This document shows, one piece after another, positions 26,479 through 36,486 of a stretch of 64,000 nucleotides of DNA (its first letter is position 1; every line of letters starts with the position of its first letter). The stretch covers positions 2,638 through 66,637 of the forward strand of contig CAKPKQ010000003.1 in assembly GCA_934167305.1 (NCBI GenBank), read 5' to 3'. The notes below the pieces were generated by a model. It worked only from the letters and a program-made list of their open reading frames with translations, had not been told where the DNA came from and made no database searches. A program made the translations under genes and the position numbers. The DNA is from an uncultured Clostridia bacterium. GTDB taxonomy: Bacteria; Bacillota; Clostridia; TANB77; CAG-508.

Positions 26479-26556
26479 AGAAAAAGATGGATGTGAGGGA
26501 AGATGTGTCCCTCAACTGACAAAAATGTCAGTTAGAGAAACGTCCCCAAACTGACA
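26419..26556. repeat. Compound-palindrome element, copy A (138 bp)
   Basis: TGTCAGTTTGGGGACGTTTCTTTAACTGACA...TGTCAGTTAGAGAAACGTCCCCAAACTGACA. Homologous to 62025-62159 and 63762-63900. Confidence 0.9.
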
Positions 26557-26567
26557 AGGAGGAGAAT

Positions 26568-27638
26568 ATGAAGAAGGAGTATATTATACCAATTTTTGTT
26601 CCACATTTAGGTTGTCCTCATCAATGTACATTTTGCAATCAAAAGGAGATTAGTGGACAAACAAAACAGGTAACTGCAAAAGATGTAAAAGATACAATAG
26701 AGTTTTATTTGAAAAATTTTAAAGATGATTCTAAATATGTAGAAGTGGCTTTTTATGGTGGTAGTTTTACTGCTATTGAGGAGAATAAACAAAATGAATT
26801 ATTAGAAGCTGCCAATGAATTTATAAAAGATGGCAAAGTAAAAAGTATTAGAATTTCTACAAGACCGGATTATATTGACAAATCGATTTTAAAGAGATTA
26901 AAAAAATATCATGTTCAAACAATTGAATTAGGGGTTCAATCTACTAATGATTATATTCTTGCAAAATGTCAAAGAGGTCATACTTTTGAGGATGTTAAAA
27001 AAGCTTCGAAACTTATTAGATTTCATGGTTTTACATTAGGACATCAAATGATGATTGGATTACCTGAAAGTACAAAATTAGATGAGATTAATACAGCTAA
27101 AGAATTAATAAAATTGAAACCAAAAATTGTTAGAATTTACCCTGTACTTGTAATTAAAAATACCCCATTAGCTAAAGAGTATGAAACAGGGGATTACATA
27201 CCTTTAACAGTTGAGCAGGCTGTCGAGCGTTCTGAAGAAATAATGAAATTATTTAACAATGCTAAAATTGATGTTATAAGAATTGGACTTCAAAATACAG
27301 AGGAAATTACAGATCCAAAAGAAAAAAATAGTCAGGTAATTGCAGGTCCATATCATCCAGCTTTTAGACAACTTGTGGAATCTAGAATGTGGTATGATGA
27401 AATTGTACAAAAAATAAAGAAAATAAATACAAAGGTTATGCAAGTAACAATTAAAGCAAACCCGGAAAATGTGAATAATATTATAGGACATAAAAAAGAA
27501 AATATTTTAAAGTTAAAAGAATTTTATGATGTTGATGTGGTAATTGAGCCAGATGACAACATAAAAAAGGGAAAATTTGAAGTTATAATAGACAAAACCT
27601 ATGAAGATATTTTAGAAGAAATTAATAATAAAAAATAA
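26568..27638 (+). CDS. Radical SAM protein (ELP3-like)
   Basis: 356 aa. N-terminal CxxxCxxC cluster CPHQCTFC. AGGAGG RBS abuts the repeat. Confidence 0.8.
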   Translation: MKKEYIIPIFVPHLGCPHQCTFCNQKEISGQTKQVTAKDVKDTIEFYLKNFKDDSKYVEVAFYGGSFTAIEENKQNELLEAANEFIKDGKVKSIRISTRPDYIDKSILKRLKKYHVQTIELGVQSTNDYILAKCQRGHTFEDVKKASKLIRFHGFTLGHQMMIGLPESTKLDEINTAKELIKLKPKIVRIYPVLVIKNTPLAKEYETGDYIPLTVEQAVERSEEIMKLFNNAKIDVIRIGLQNTEEITDPKEKNSQVIAGPYHPAFRQLVESRMWYDEIVQKIKKINTKVMQVTIKANPENVNNIIGHKKENILKLKEFYDVDVVIEPDDNIKKGKFEVIIDKTYEDILEEINNKK

Positions 27639-27688
27639 AGAATAAAATCACTTGTTAATGCTAATAATTAGTAATAACAGGTGATTTT

Positions 27689-28558
27689 ATGAATTATAGT
27701 AAAACAAAGAAAGTTTTAAAAGTTAAAGAGTTTGGTATAGAAATGATTTACTTAACTCTTGGTTGTGCAATAATGGCTGTAGGAACAGCATTATTTTTAC
27801 TGCCAAATCAGTTATCATCAGGTGGTTTTACTGGTATCGCCACAATATTTTATTATTTATTTCACTTTCCAGTAGGAACCGTAATTTTTGTACTAAACAT
27901 TCCGTTTTTTATATTGGCTTTTTTTAAGATAGGAAAAAAGTTAATAATAAAATCAATTATAGGAACGAGTTTACTTTCTATTTTTATAGATTTATTTGAA
28001 AAGATACCAACACTTACGGATGATAGATTTTTAGCATGTATTTATGGTGGAATTTTTATTGGGTTTGGGTTAGGATTGGTTCTAAAGGCAAATGCGTCTA
28101 CGGGAGGAACCGATTTAATAACATATATAGCAAAAGCATATAAACCATATATTAGTACCAGTGGTTTAATTGTAGCAGTTGATGTAATTATAATTGGACT
28201 AAATGTAATATTTTTTAAAAAAATTGAAATAGGTTTATATTCTGCAATTAGTATTTATCTTATGGGAAAGATGATTGATATTGTATTTGAAGGTGTGAAT
28301 TTTACAAAGGTTGTATATATTATTTCGCAAAAATATGATGAAATTGCACAGGAAATAGATAACCAACTAAAAAGAGGATGTACAGGTATATATGCAAAAG
28401 GAATGTACACAAATACAGAAAAAATGATGCTATTTTGCGTTGGATCAAGAAATGAAGCAGCAAGAATAAAGCAAATAGCTACAAAAATTGATCCAAAATC
28501 ATTTATAGTTATAAGCAATGCTAGGGAAACATGGGGCAAAGGCTTCAAAGGAAACTAG
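27689..28558 (+). CDS. YitT-family membrane protein (DUF2179 C-terminal domain)
   Basis: 289 aa. Five TMs plus a soluble C-terminal domain ending ..ETWGKGFKG, typical of YitT. Confidence 0.8.
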   Translation: MNYSKTKKVLKVKEFGIEMIYLTLGCAIMAVGTALFLLPNQLSSGGFTGIATIFYYLFHFPVGTVIFVLNIPFFILAFFKIGKKLIIKSIIGTSLLSIFIDLFEKIPTLTDDRFLACIYGGIFIGFGLGLVLKANASTGGTDLITYIAKAYKPYISTSGLIVAVDVIIIGLNVIFFKKIEIGLYSAISIYLMGKMIDIVFEGVNFTKVVYIISQKYDEIAQEIDNQLKRGCTGIYAKGMYTNTEKMMLFCVGSRNEAARIKQIATKIDPKSFIVISNARETWGKGFKGN

Positions 28559-28728
28559 AAGCCCTTTTTGTCGATTTATGTCATACGAAAATTCTTTACA
28601 AAATTCTACACATAATGTAAAATAAAAATATAATTTTTAAAATCATGATTTTTAAAGTTTATTCAAAAAATTTTATTCTAAAAAATTTCACAAATTTAAT
28701 TTCATAGATAAAGGCAGGTGTAAAATAT

Positions 28729-29391
28729 GTGGTTACATATACTAAAAGAGAAATAAAATTATTAGCACTATCTTTAGCTTTATTTGTACTACTAATATAC
28801 AATTTGGTGTTATTTCCTTTACTTAGTATCAATAAACAAATTTATTCAGGTAAAGTTTATTCTAAAACTATTTCAATAAATCCTAATATTCCTATATATT
28901 CACAAAACGATCAAGAACAAATAAAAAGCAAATTAGTTGAGAAAACAAATGAGCAAGAAAATATAAAAACACAGAGAGCAGTTATAAATGAAAATAAAAA
29001 TATTAAATGGAGAATACAAATTCCAAAAATAAATTTAGATGTACATATTATGGAAGGAACATCAGCAGATATCTTACTAAAAGCAGTTGGACATTTTGAA
29101 GAAACTAGTAAATGGCAAGGAAATGTTGGATTGGCAGGACATAATAGAGGCTATAATTGTAACTTTTTTGAAAAAATAAAAAATTTAAAGATAGGAGACG
29201 AAATAATTTATACAACGACAAATGGAAAAAAGGTTTATAAGGTACAAACTAATAAAATTATAAAAGATACTGACTGGAGTTATTTAAAAGAAACTAATGA
29301 TAATAGAATTACATTAATTACATGTGAAGAAAACAGAGAAGAATATAGAAGATGTATTCAGGCTGTAGAAATAGTTAATTATAAAACATAG
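28729..29391 (+). CDS. Sortase-family transpeptidase
   Basis: 220 aa. N-terminal TM. Catalytic His (GLAGHNRG), TLITC Cys motif, downstream Arg. GTG start. Confidence 0.85.
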   Translation: MVTYTKREIKLLALSLALFVLLIYNLVLFPLLSINKQIYSGKVYSKTISINPNIPIYSQNDQEQIKSKLVEKTNEQENIKTQRAVINENKNIKWRIQIPKINLDVHIMEGTSADILLKAVGHFEETSKWQGNVGLAGHNRGYNCNFFEKIKNLKIGDEIIYTTTNGKKVYKVQTNKIIKDTDWSYLKETNDNRITLITCEENREEYRRCIQAVEIVNYKT

Positions 29392-29406
29392 AAAGGAACA
29401 TTAAAA

Positions 29407-30687
29407 ATGAAAAAACATAAAATATTAAAAATGCTAATAATAGCTTTAGTATGTATAACTAACATTAGTGGAATATTTAGTAAAAATACAGTAAAAGCAG
29501 TAACAGCACCAATAAAAAGTGCAGAACCATATTCAAAAGGAGAAGTGGTTTTATTTAGATATAATGGATTAGGGATTGGTGTGGAAATACAAGTATATAA
29601 AAAGGATGGCATAGAATACCCGGTATACTGTTTGGACAAAGGAAAAAGAGGAATAGAAACCAATTTTACATACACTGTTGAAGTGAGTGAAATGTTAAGT
29701 AATCAAAAAATATGGAGAGCAATAACAAATGGATATCCATTTAAAACACCACAAGAATTAGGCTGTAATAATATGGAAGAGGCATATGCAGCAACTAAAA
29801 TGGCTGTATATGATGCAATGTATAACTATGATTTAAGTAAATTTACAACTTACAGTGATTTGGATTCAAACAGAAGAACAATAAATGCAATAAAACAAAT
29901 AATTACATCTGCAAGAAATTCTGAGGAAACTAAAATTACTGCAAGTTTAAATGTAAAACCAGAAGAAGATAAATGGAAAATTGACACATTAGAAGAGCAA
30001 TATGTAAGTAAAATATATACTGTTAAATCACCTGTTGAAAATAAAAAATATACAATTGATTTGACAAATAATACAGATGCCAGAATTAAAGTTACTAGTG
30101 TTTTGAATCAAGAAAAACTAGAATTTGAAGCGGATGAAAAGTTTAAAGTTTTAATACCAATATCAGATTTAGAAAGTGATGGAGAATTCTCAATAACAGT
30201 GAACTCAGAATTAAAAACTATGCCAATATTTTATGGTAAAAGTCCAAATAAAGAGTGGCAAAATTATGCAGTAACTGTTGGAGAATATGAACTAACAGGA
30301 ACTACACTAAAGCAAAGCTATCAAGAAAACAAAACTCAAATTGAAGTTCAAAAACAAGATGGAAATACTAAGTTACCATTAAAAAATGCTAAATTTAATT
30401 TATTAGACGAGAATAAACAGATATTATATTCTGAATTAACTACAAATGAACAGGGAATAATTGAATTGCAACATTTATTACCAGGCAACTATTACCTAGA
30501 AGAAACTGAGGCACCAGTAGGTTATTATGGATATGAGGGTTTGATAAAAGTAGAGGTAAAGCTAAATGAAAAGACATTAGTTAAAGTAGATAACTATGAA
30601 GAGCAAGAAGAAAAACCAAGTGAAGATCCACAAGAAGAAAAAGAAATATCTGTTGGAGAAAAGAAACTTCCTAAAACTGGTTTTTAA
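29407..30687 (+). CDS. Surface adhesin: thioester(TQXA)-like domain plus Cna-B/SpaA-type domain, truncated LPKTG signal
   Basis: Signal peptide. YPVYCLDKG, ITNGYP and ATKMAVY segments resemble thioester domains. C-terminal LPGNYYLEETEAPVGY is Cna-B-like. Ends LPKTGF then stop. Confidence 0.7.
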   Translation: MKKHKILKMLIIALVCITNISGIFSKNTVKAVTAPIKSAEPYSKGEVVLFRYNGLGIGVEIQVYKKDGIEYPVYCLDKGKRGIETNFTYTVEVSEMLSNQKIWRAITNGYPFKTPQELGCNNMEEAYAATKMAVYDAMYNYDLSKFTTYSDLDSNRRTINAIKQIITSARNSEETKITASLNVKPEEDKWKIDTLEEQYVSKIYTVKSPVENKKYTIDLTNNTDARIKVTSVLNQEKLEFEADEKFKVLIPISDLESDGEFSITVNSELKTMPIFYGKSPNKEWQNYAVTVGEYELTGTTLKQSYQENKTQIEVQKQDGNTKLPLKNAKFNLLDENKQILYSELTTNEQGIIELQHLLPGNYYLEETEAPVGYYGYEGLIKVEVKLNEKTLVKVDNYEEQEEKPSEDPQEEKEISVGEKKLPKTGF

Positions 30688-30796
30688 AACTAACCGTTAA
30701 ATCAATTGGAAATTATAACCTATTTTATTGACAGAAGTACATATAGAATATATAATTATTTAGGAAAACTACACATTAATTTGGAAGGAATATTTT

Positions 30797-32113
30797 ATGA
30801 TTTCACAATTGATTTTTTTATTTATTTTAATTCTACTGAATGCATATTTTGCAGCTACTGAAATTGCTTTTATTTCATTAAATGATGCTAAGGTTGAAAA
30901 ACAGGCTAAAGATGGAAATAAAAAAGCAAAACAAATTCAAAAAATGCTTAAAAATCCAAGTAAATTTTTAGCAACAATACAAATTGGAATTACTTTAGCA
31001 GGTTTTTTATCAAGTGCTTTTGCATCTGATGCATTTGCTGGTATGTTAGCACCAAAGTTAAATGAATGGATGCCATTTATTAGCATAGCAGTATGGCAAA
31101 ATATATCTATTGTTATAATAACAATAATTTTATCATTCTTTACTCTAGTATTTGGAGAACTTGTCCCAAAAAGATTAGCAATGAAATATTATGAAAAAAT
31201 ATCTTTTGCGACTATAGGTGTAATAAAGGCCATATCAGTTATAACAGCTCCATTTGTTAAATTATTAACATGGTCAACCAATATAGTATCTAAAATTTTT
31301 GGAGTTAGTGAACAAGAAGAAGAAATAGTTACAGAAGAAGAAATAAAGATGATGGTAGATCAAGGTGAAGAAAAAGGTTCAATTTAAGAAAATGAAAAAG
31401 AGTTAATAAATAATGTTTTTGAATTTAATGATATTGTGGCGTCTGAAATAATGACACACAGAACAGATATGTATGCAATTGAAATAAATCAAGATTTATA
31501 TGAGCTTTTAGATGAAATTGATGAATATAAATATAGCAGAATACCAGTATATAGTGAAAGTATTGATAATATAGAAGGCATTTTATTTTTAAAAGACATA
31601 TTAAAATTAGTTAGTACAAGAAAAGAAATAAAAATAGCAGACATAATGAGAGAAGCATACTTTGTTCCTGAAACAAAGCCAATAGATGAAATATTTGAAG
31701 AACTACAAGCAAACAAAATGCAAATGGCTATTGTAGTTGACGAATATGGAGGTACAGCTGGGGTATTAACAATGGAAGATATTTTAGAAGAACTAGTTGG
31801 AAACATATTTGATGAATATGATGACATTGAATTTGAATATAAAAAATTAGATGATAATACTTACTTAATTGATGGAAGTGTAAGTTTATATGAACTAAAA
31901 AAAATTTTAGATGTAGAAATTCCAGAAGGAGATTATGAAACATTATCTGGATATTTAATAGAAAAATTAGGAAGACTTCCAGAAGAAGGAGAATACCCTA
32001 TTATTGAAGATGATAAATTAACCTACAAGATTCAAGAGTTTGAGGACAAAAGAATTAGATGGGTAAAAGTATGTAAAAATAAACAAGAAATAAATGAAAA
32101 TAATGAAAATTAA
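30797..32113 (+). pseudogene. CNNM/CorC/TlyC-family protein (DUF21-CBS-CorC_HlyC) interrupted by an in-frame TAA
   Basis: Track ORFs 30797-31387 and 31436-32113 share one frame. Translation across the gap reads GEEKGSI*ENEKELINNVFEFNDIVASEIMTHRTDM, a contiguous family-typical segment. Single TAA at 31385-31387. Confidence 0.8.
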
Positions 32114-32125
32114 GAGGTGAAAAAT

Positions 32126-33874
32126 ATGAACAAAAGAGTTAAATGGATCATAATAGCAATATTAGCAATAGTAATAGTTACAATAGCTATAATATCAATA
32201 AGAAACGAAATGTTATTACACTATAAAATTGAAGAAATAAGTGAATATAATTACTTTGTATTAGAGCAAAATAAAAAATATGGAGTAATTGACAAAAAAG
32301 GTAATGTAGTAATTGAAGCAAATTATGAAACAGTTCAAATTCCAAATCCATCAAAACCAGTATTTGTTTGTATTAAAGAATATGATCAAGATAAAAAAGA
32401 ATATACTACTATAGTATATAATGAAAAAAAAGAAGAACTATTTTCAAACTATAACAATGTACAAGCAATAGCAATTTTTACAAATATTAATTCTACACCA
32501 TATGAAAAAAATGTATTAGCATACAAAGAAAATGAAAAATATGGCTTAATTGACTTAAATGGAAAAGTAATAACAAAACCAATTTATGACGAAATTTCTA
32601 GTGTGAATTATAAAGAAGGAACATTTGTGGTAAAACAAAATGGACTAGAAGGAGTAATAAATTTAAAAGGCAAAGTAATTATAAAATGCGAATATGAAAG
32701 TGTAACATCTGATAATTATTATAGTGAAAAAAATAACAATGAAAAAGCGGGATTTATAGTAAGTAAAAAAACAGAAGATGGTTATAGATATGGCTATATA
32801 AACTATAGAGGCACAAAAATCTTAAATGAAGAATTTACTCAATTAGAAAGAGTAACAGAAATAAATGACGACAACAATATGTATTTTGTTGCTTTTAAAG
32901 ATGGACAAGCAGGCCTACTAAAAAACAAAAAAATAGTGTTGAATTATGAATATCAAGATGTTCAATATGATGTATTAGGTGATTTCTTTGTTATACAAAG
33001 AAATGGAAAATTTGGTGCAGTAACAAGAACAGGTGAGTCAATTTTATATCCAAAATATACTACAATATATACTGCGGGAATGTACTTAAATGCATTAGAA
33101 GGCAAAAAAATAAAAGTATTTGATTTTAAAGGAAATGAAATAGATACAAACATAAGGAGTAAAATAAAAACAGATAACCCTAACTATTGTATAACTGTTG
33201 ATAAAAAAGGAATTTATAAAGTAGTAAATGAAAAAGAATATGTTATAATTGACAGTAATTACAATTATGCTGAATACCTACCGGGAGATAAATTTATTGT
33301 ATCAAAAGATTCTAAAAGTGGAGTTGTTAATATAGAAGGAAGATCAATTTTAGAAATTAGATATGATAGCGTTTCAAGAATAAATGACACAGACATAATA
33401 CAAGCAGAAATAGATGATACAATAGAATTATATGATATGAATTTAAATAAAATAGCAAGTATGGAAAAATCAACTGTAAAAGAAGTGAAAGGTGAAAAGC
33501 CATATATCTTATTATATTCTGCAACAGATTTTAAATATATTGACAAAACAGGTAAAATAGTAGAACCACAAAATATTTTTGAAGACCATACTTTATTTAG
33601 CAAAAACATAAATGGCAAATGGGGATTTGTTGATAAAAATGGTAATGTAAAAGTACAAAATGAATATGAAATGGTTACAGAATTTAACCAATATGGGTTT
33701 GCAGGAATAAAAAAAGACGGCAAGTGGGGAGTAATAGATCAAGAAGGAAATGTAGTACAAGAACCAATTTATGAATTAAGCTTAATTATGCCAGATTTTA
33801 TAGGAAAATATTATAAAACTAATGAATCATATGGAGACGCTAGATATAGTGACACAATACAAGGAGAAAAATAA
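32126..33874 (+). CDS. WG-repeat (KWG) membrane-anchored protein
   Basis: N-terminal TM. Repeated KYGVIDKKGNVV, KWGFVDKNGNV and KWGVIDQEGNVV units. ATG 32126 lies 8 nt after AAGAGG; the track starts at GTG 32117. Confidence 0.8.
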   Translation: MNKRVKWIIIAILAIVIVTIAIISIRNEMLLHYKIEEISEYNYFVLEQNKKYGVIDKKGNVVIEANYETVQIPNPSKPVFVCIKEYDQDKKEYTTIVYNEKKEELFSNYNNVQAIAIFTNINSTPYEKNVLAYKENEKYGLIDLNGKVITKPIYDEISSVNYKEGTFVVKQNGLEGVINLKGKVIIKCEYESVTSDNYYSEKNNNEKAGFIVSKKTEDGYRYGYINYRGTKILNEEFTQLERVTEINDDNNMYFVAFKDGQAGLLKNKKIVLNYEYQDVQYDVLGDFFVIQRNGKFGAVTRTGESILYPKYTTIYTAGMYLNALEGKKIKVFDFKGNEIDTNIRSKIKTDNPNYCITVDKKGIYKVVNEKEYVIIDSNYNYAEYLPGDKFIVSKDSKSGVVNIEGRSILEIRYDSVSRINDTDIIQAEIDDTIELYDMNLNKIASMEKSTVKEVKGEKPYILLYSATDFKYIDKTGKIVEPQNIFEDHTLFSKNINGKWGFVDKNGNVKVQNEYEMVTEFNQYGFAGIKKDGKWGVIDQEGNVVQEPIYELSLIMPDFIGKYYKTNESYGDARYSDTIQGEK

Positions 33875-35127
33875 TGTATAAACAATTTGGAATAAGTGAT
33901 GAACTATTAGAATTATCAAAAAAAACAGAGTTAGAAGTGCAAGAACAATTTAAAAAAATAGATGAAGTATGTGAATATAATAGCCTAAAGGTGTTATCAG
34001 CATTTCAAAAATATAATGTATCAGAAATGCACTTTAATAGCACAACAGGTTATGGATATTCAGATGTGGGAAGAGATACAATTGAAAAAATATTTGCTGA
34101 AATTTTACACACTGAAGATAGCTTAGTAAGAGGACAGTTTATATCTGGAACACATGCTTTAACAGTAGCACTATTTGCTTTTTTAAGACCAAATGACATA
34201 TTTTTAAGTATAAGTGGAAAACCATATGATACTTTAGACGAAGTAATAGGAATAGTAAATAATAAAAGTTCATTAAAATCATATGGCGTAAAATATGAGC
34301 AAATTGACATGATTGAAAATGATTTTGATTATGAGCAAATAAAAAATAGAGTATTAAAAAATGATATAAAATTAATTGAAATACAGCGATCTAGAGGGTA
34401 TAGTTTACGTGATAGTATTACATTAGATAAAATTCAAAAAGTTATAAAAACAATACGTGAAGTAAATAACAAAGTTATAATAATGGTAGACAATTGCTAT
34501 GGTGAATTGGTAGAAAAAATAGAACCAACAGATTTAGGTGCTGATGTTATAGTAGGTTCACTAATAAAGAACTTAGGAGGCGGAATAGCACCAAATGGAG
34601 CATATATAGCAGGTAAAAAAGAATTAGTAGAATTAGCTGCTGAAAGATTAACCTCACCAGGATTAGGTAAAGAAGTTGGACCATCTTTAGGAATGAATAA
34701 ACAAATATTACAAGGGCTTTATTTTGCACCACATGTTGTGGCAAGTAGTTTAAAAACAGCAGTATTTGCAAGTAAATTATTAGAAAATTTAGGTTATATA
34801 GCAAATCCAAAATTTGATCAAAAAAGAACTGATATAGTGCAAACAATTACATTTGGCGACAAGAAAAAATTAATAAAATTTTGTCAAGGCATACAAATGG
34901 GTTCACCAATAGATAGTAATTCTATACCAGAGCCATGGGACATGCCTGGCTATACTGATCAGGTAATTATGGCTGCTGGAGCATTTACACAAGGTTCATC
35001 AATTGAATTATCATGTGATGCACCAATTAGAGAGCCATATATGGCATTTATGCAAGGTGGCCTTACATACGAATATGGTAAACTTGGTGTACTTAAAGCA
35101 GTAGCTTATATGTTGAGAGACTGTTAA
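33874..35127 (+). CDS. Methionine gamma-lyase-family (YnbB / aluminium-resistance-type) PLP enzyme
   Basis: 417 aa. Resembles YnbB-type Cys/Met-metabolism PLP proteins. Start overlaps the upstream stop (TAATG). Confidence 0.8.
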   Translation: MYKQFGISDELLELSKKTELEVQEQFKKIDEVCEYNSLKVLSAFQKYNVSEMHFNSTTGYGYSDVGRDTIEKIFAEILHTEDSLVRGQFISGTHALTVALFAFLRPNDIFLSISGKPYDTLDEVIGIVNNKSSLKSYGVKYEQIDMIENDFDYEQIKNRVLKNDIKLIEIQRSRGYSLRDSITLDKIQKVIKTIREVNNKVIIMVDNCYGELVEKIEPTDLGADVIVGSLIKNLGGGIAPNGAYIAGKKELVELAAERLTSPGLGKEVGPSLGMNKQILQGLYFAPHVVASSLKTAVFASKLLENLGYIANPKFDQKRTDIVQTITFGDKKKLIKFCQGIQMGSPIDSNSIPEPWDMPGYTDQVIMAAGAFTQGSSIELSCDAPIREPYMAFMQGGLTYEYGKLGVLKAVAYMLRDC

Positions 35128-35168
35128 GTAGTCTACGAAAAATTGTAGTGGAGCACAGTGTGCTACAT
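35122..35168 (+). repeat. 47-nt repeat copy 2
   Basis: TGTTAAGTAGTCTACGAAAAATTGTAGTGGAGCACAGTGTGCTACAT. Overlaps the ynbB-like stop codon (35125-35127). Confidence 0.85.
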
Positions 35169-35186
35169 GTTGAAAGAGGAATAAAA

Positions 35187-36486
35187 ATGAAAACAGTTGT
35201 AATAGGTGGTGGACCAGCTGGAATGATGTCAGCCATTAAAGCAAGTAATATGCGGAAATGATGTTCTTCTGTTAGAAAAAATGGAGTCCTTAGGGAAAAA
35301 GCTTTTAATAACAGGAAAAGGTAGATGTAATATTACAAGCTCACTTCCAATTGAAGAGTTTATACAAAACGTACCAGGAAATGGTATGTTTTTGTATAGT
35401 AGCTTTAATAACTTTACTAACCAAGATATAATTAATTTATTAAAAAAAGAAGGATTAAGTGTAAAAGAAGAAAGAGGACACAGAGTATTTCCTTCAACAG
35501 ATAGTGCAAAAGATGTGTTAAATGCCCTTTTAAAAATATTAAAGAAGCAAAATGTACAAATAAAAACAAATGCAAAAGTTGAAAAAATATTAGTAAAAGA
35601 TGAAAAAGTTATAGGTGTACAAGCAATTATAAATGGTACAAAACAAACTATAAATGCAAATAAAGTTATTTTAGCAACAGGAGGAAAAAGCTACCCAGTA
35701 ACAGGTTCAACAGGGGATGGATACGAACTTGCTAAAGAATTAGGGCATACTATAACAAAAATAAAACCATCTTTAATACCATTAACAGCTAAAAAAGAAG
35801 ATTTAGAATTATGTAAGGAATTACAAGGACTAAGTTTAATAAATGTATCTATAAAATTAATAGACACACAAAAAAATAAAACAATATATGAAGATTTTGG
35901 AGAAATGTTATTCACACATTGGGGAGTTTCCGGTCCAATAATTTTAAGCGGTTCTGCACATTTATTAAGATATAAAAATGTAGAAGATTTGCTAAATAAA
36001 GGGCAAATAGAATTAAGCATAAATTTAAAACCTGCTCTTACAGCTGAAAAATTAGAAAATCGTATAATGCGAGATTTTAATGAACAAAAAAATAAAGAAT
36101 TTAAAAATAGTTTAAATGATTTACTACCAAAAAAATTAATAGAACCTGTAATTAGATTATCTGGAATAGATAAAAACAAACAAGTAAACTCAATAACTAA
36201 ACAAGAAAGAAAAAATTTAGTAAATTTACTACAAAATTTTAAAATTAAAATAAGTGGTTTTAGACCAATAGAAGAGGCAATTGTAACATCTGGTGGAATA
36301 TGTATAAAAGAAATAAACCCAAAAACAATGGAATCAAAAATAGTACAAGGACTATATTTTGCAGGAGAAGTAATAGATGTTGATGCATATACAGGTGGAT
36401 TTAATTTGCAAATTGCATGGTCTACAGGGTATACGGCAGGAATAGCAGAAAGGAACGAAAGTAATAATGAAAACTATTACGAGTAA
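35187..36486 (+). pseudogene. HI0933/YhiN-family FAD flavoprotein with a +1 frameshift near 35250
   Basis: ATG 35187 gives MKTVVIGGGPAGMMSAIKASNMRK*. The next frame continues GNDVLLLEKMESLGKKLLITGKGRCNIT. Together these form the canonical N-terminus, so one extra base lies around 35250-35253. Confidence 0.8.

Noticed and set aside
26419-26556. The three palindromic elements as a CRISPR array or integron attC sites
   Set aside because: Copies are 135-139 bp and dispersed (26.4, 62.0 and 63.8 kb), not short repeats with regular unique spacers. The ends (TGTCAGTT / AACTGACA) do not fit the attC RYYYAAC / GTTRRRY cores. No cas or intI gene is present.
31385-31387. In-frame TAA as evidence of an alternative genetic code
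   Set aside because: TAA is the stop codon of most well-supported genes in the window, and TGA and TAG also terminate ORFs. A single event fits a mutation or error better.
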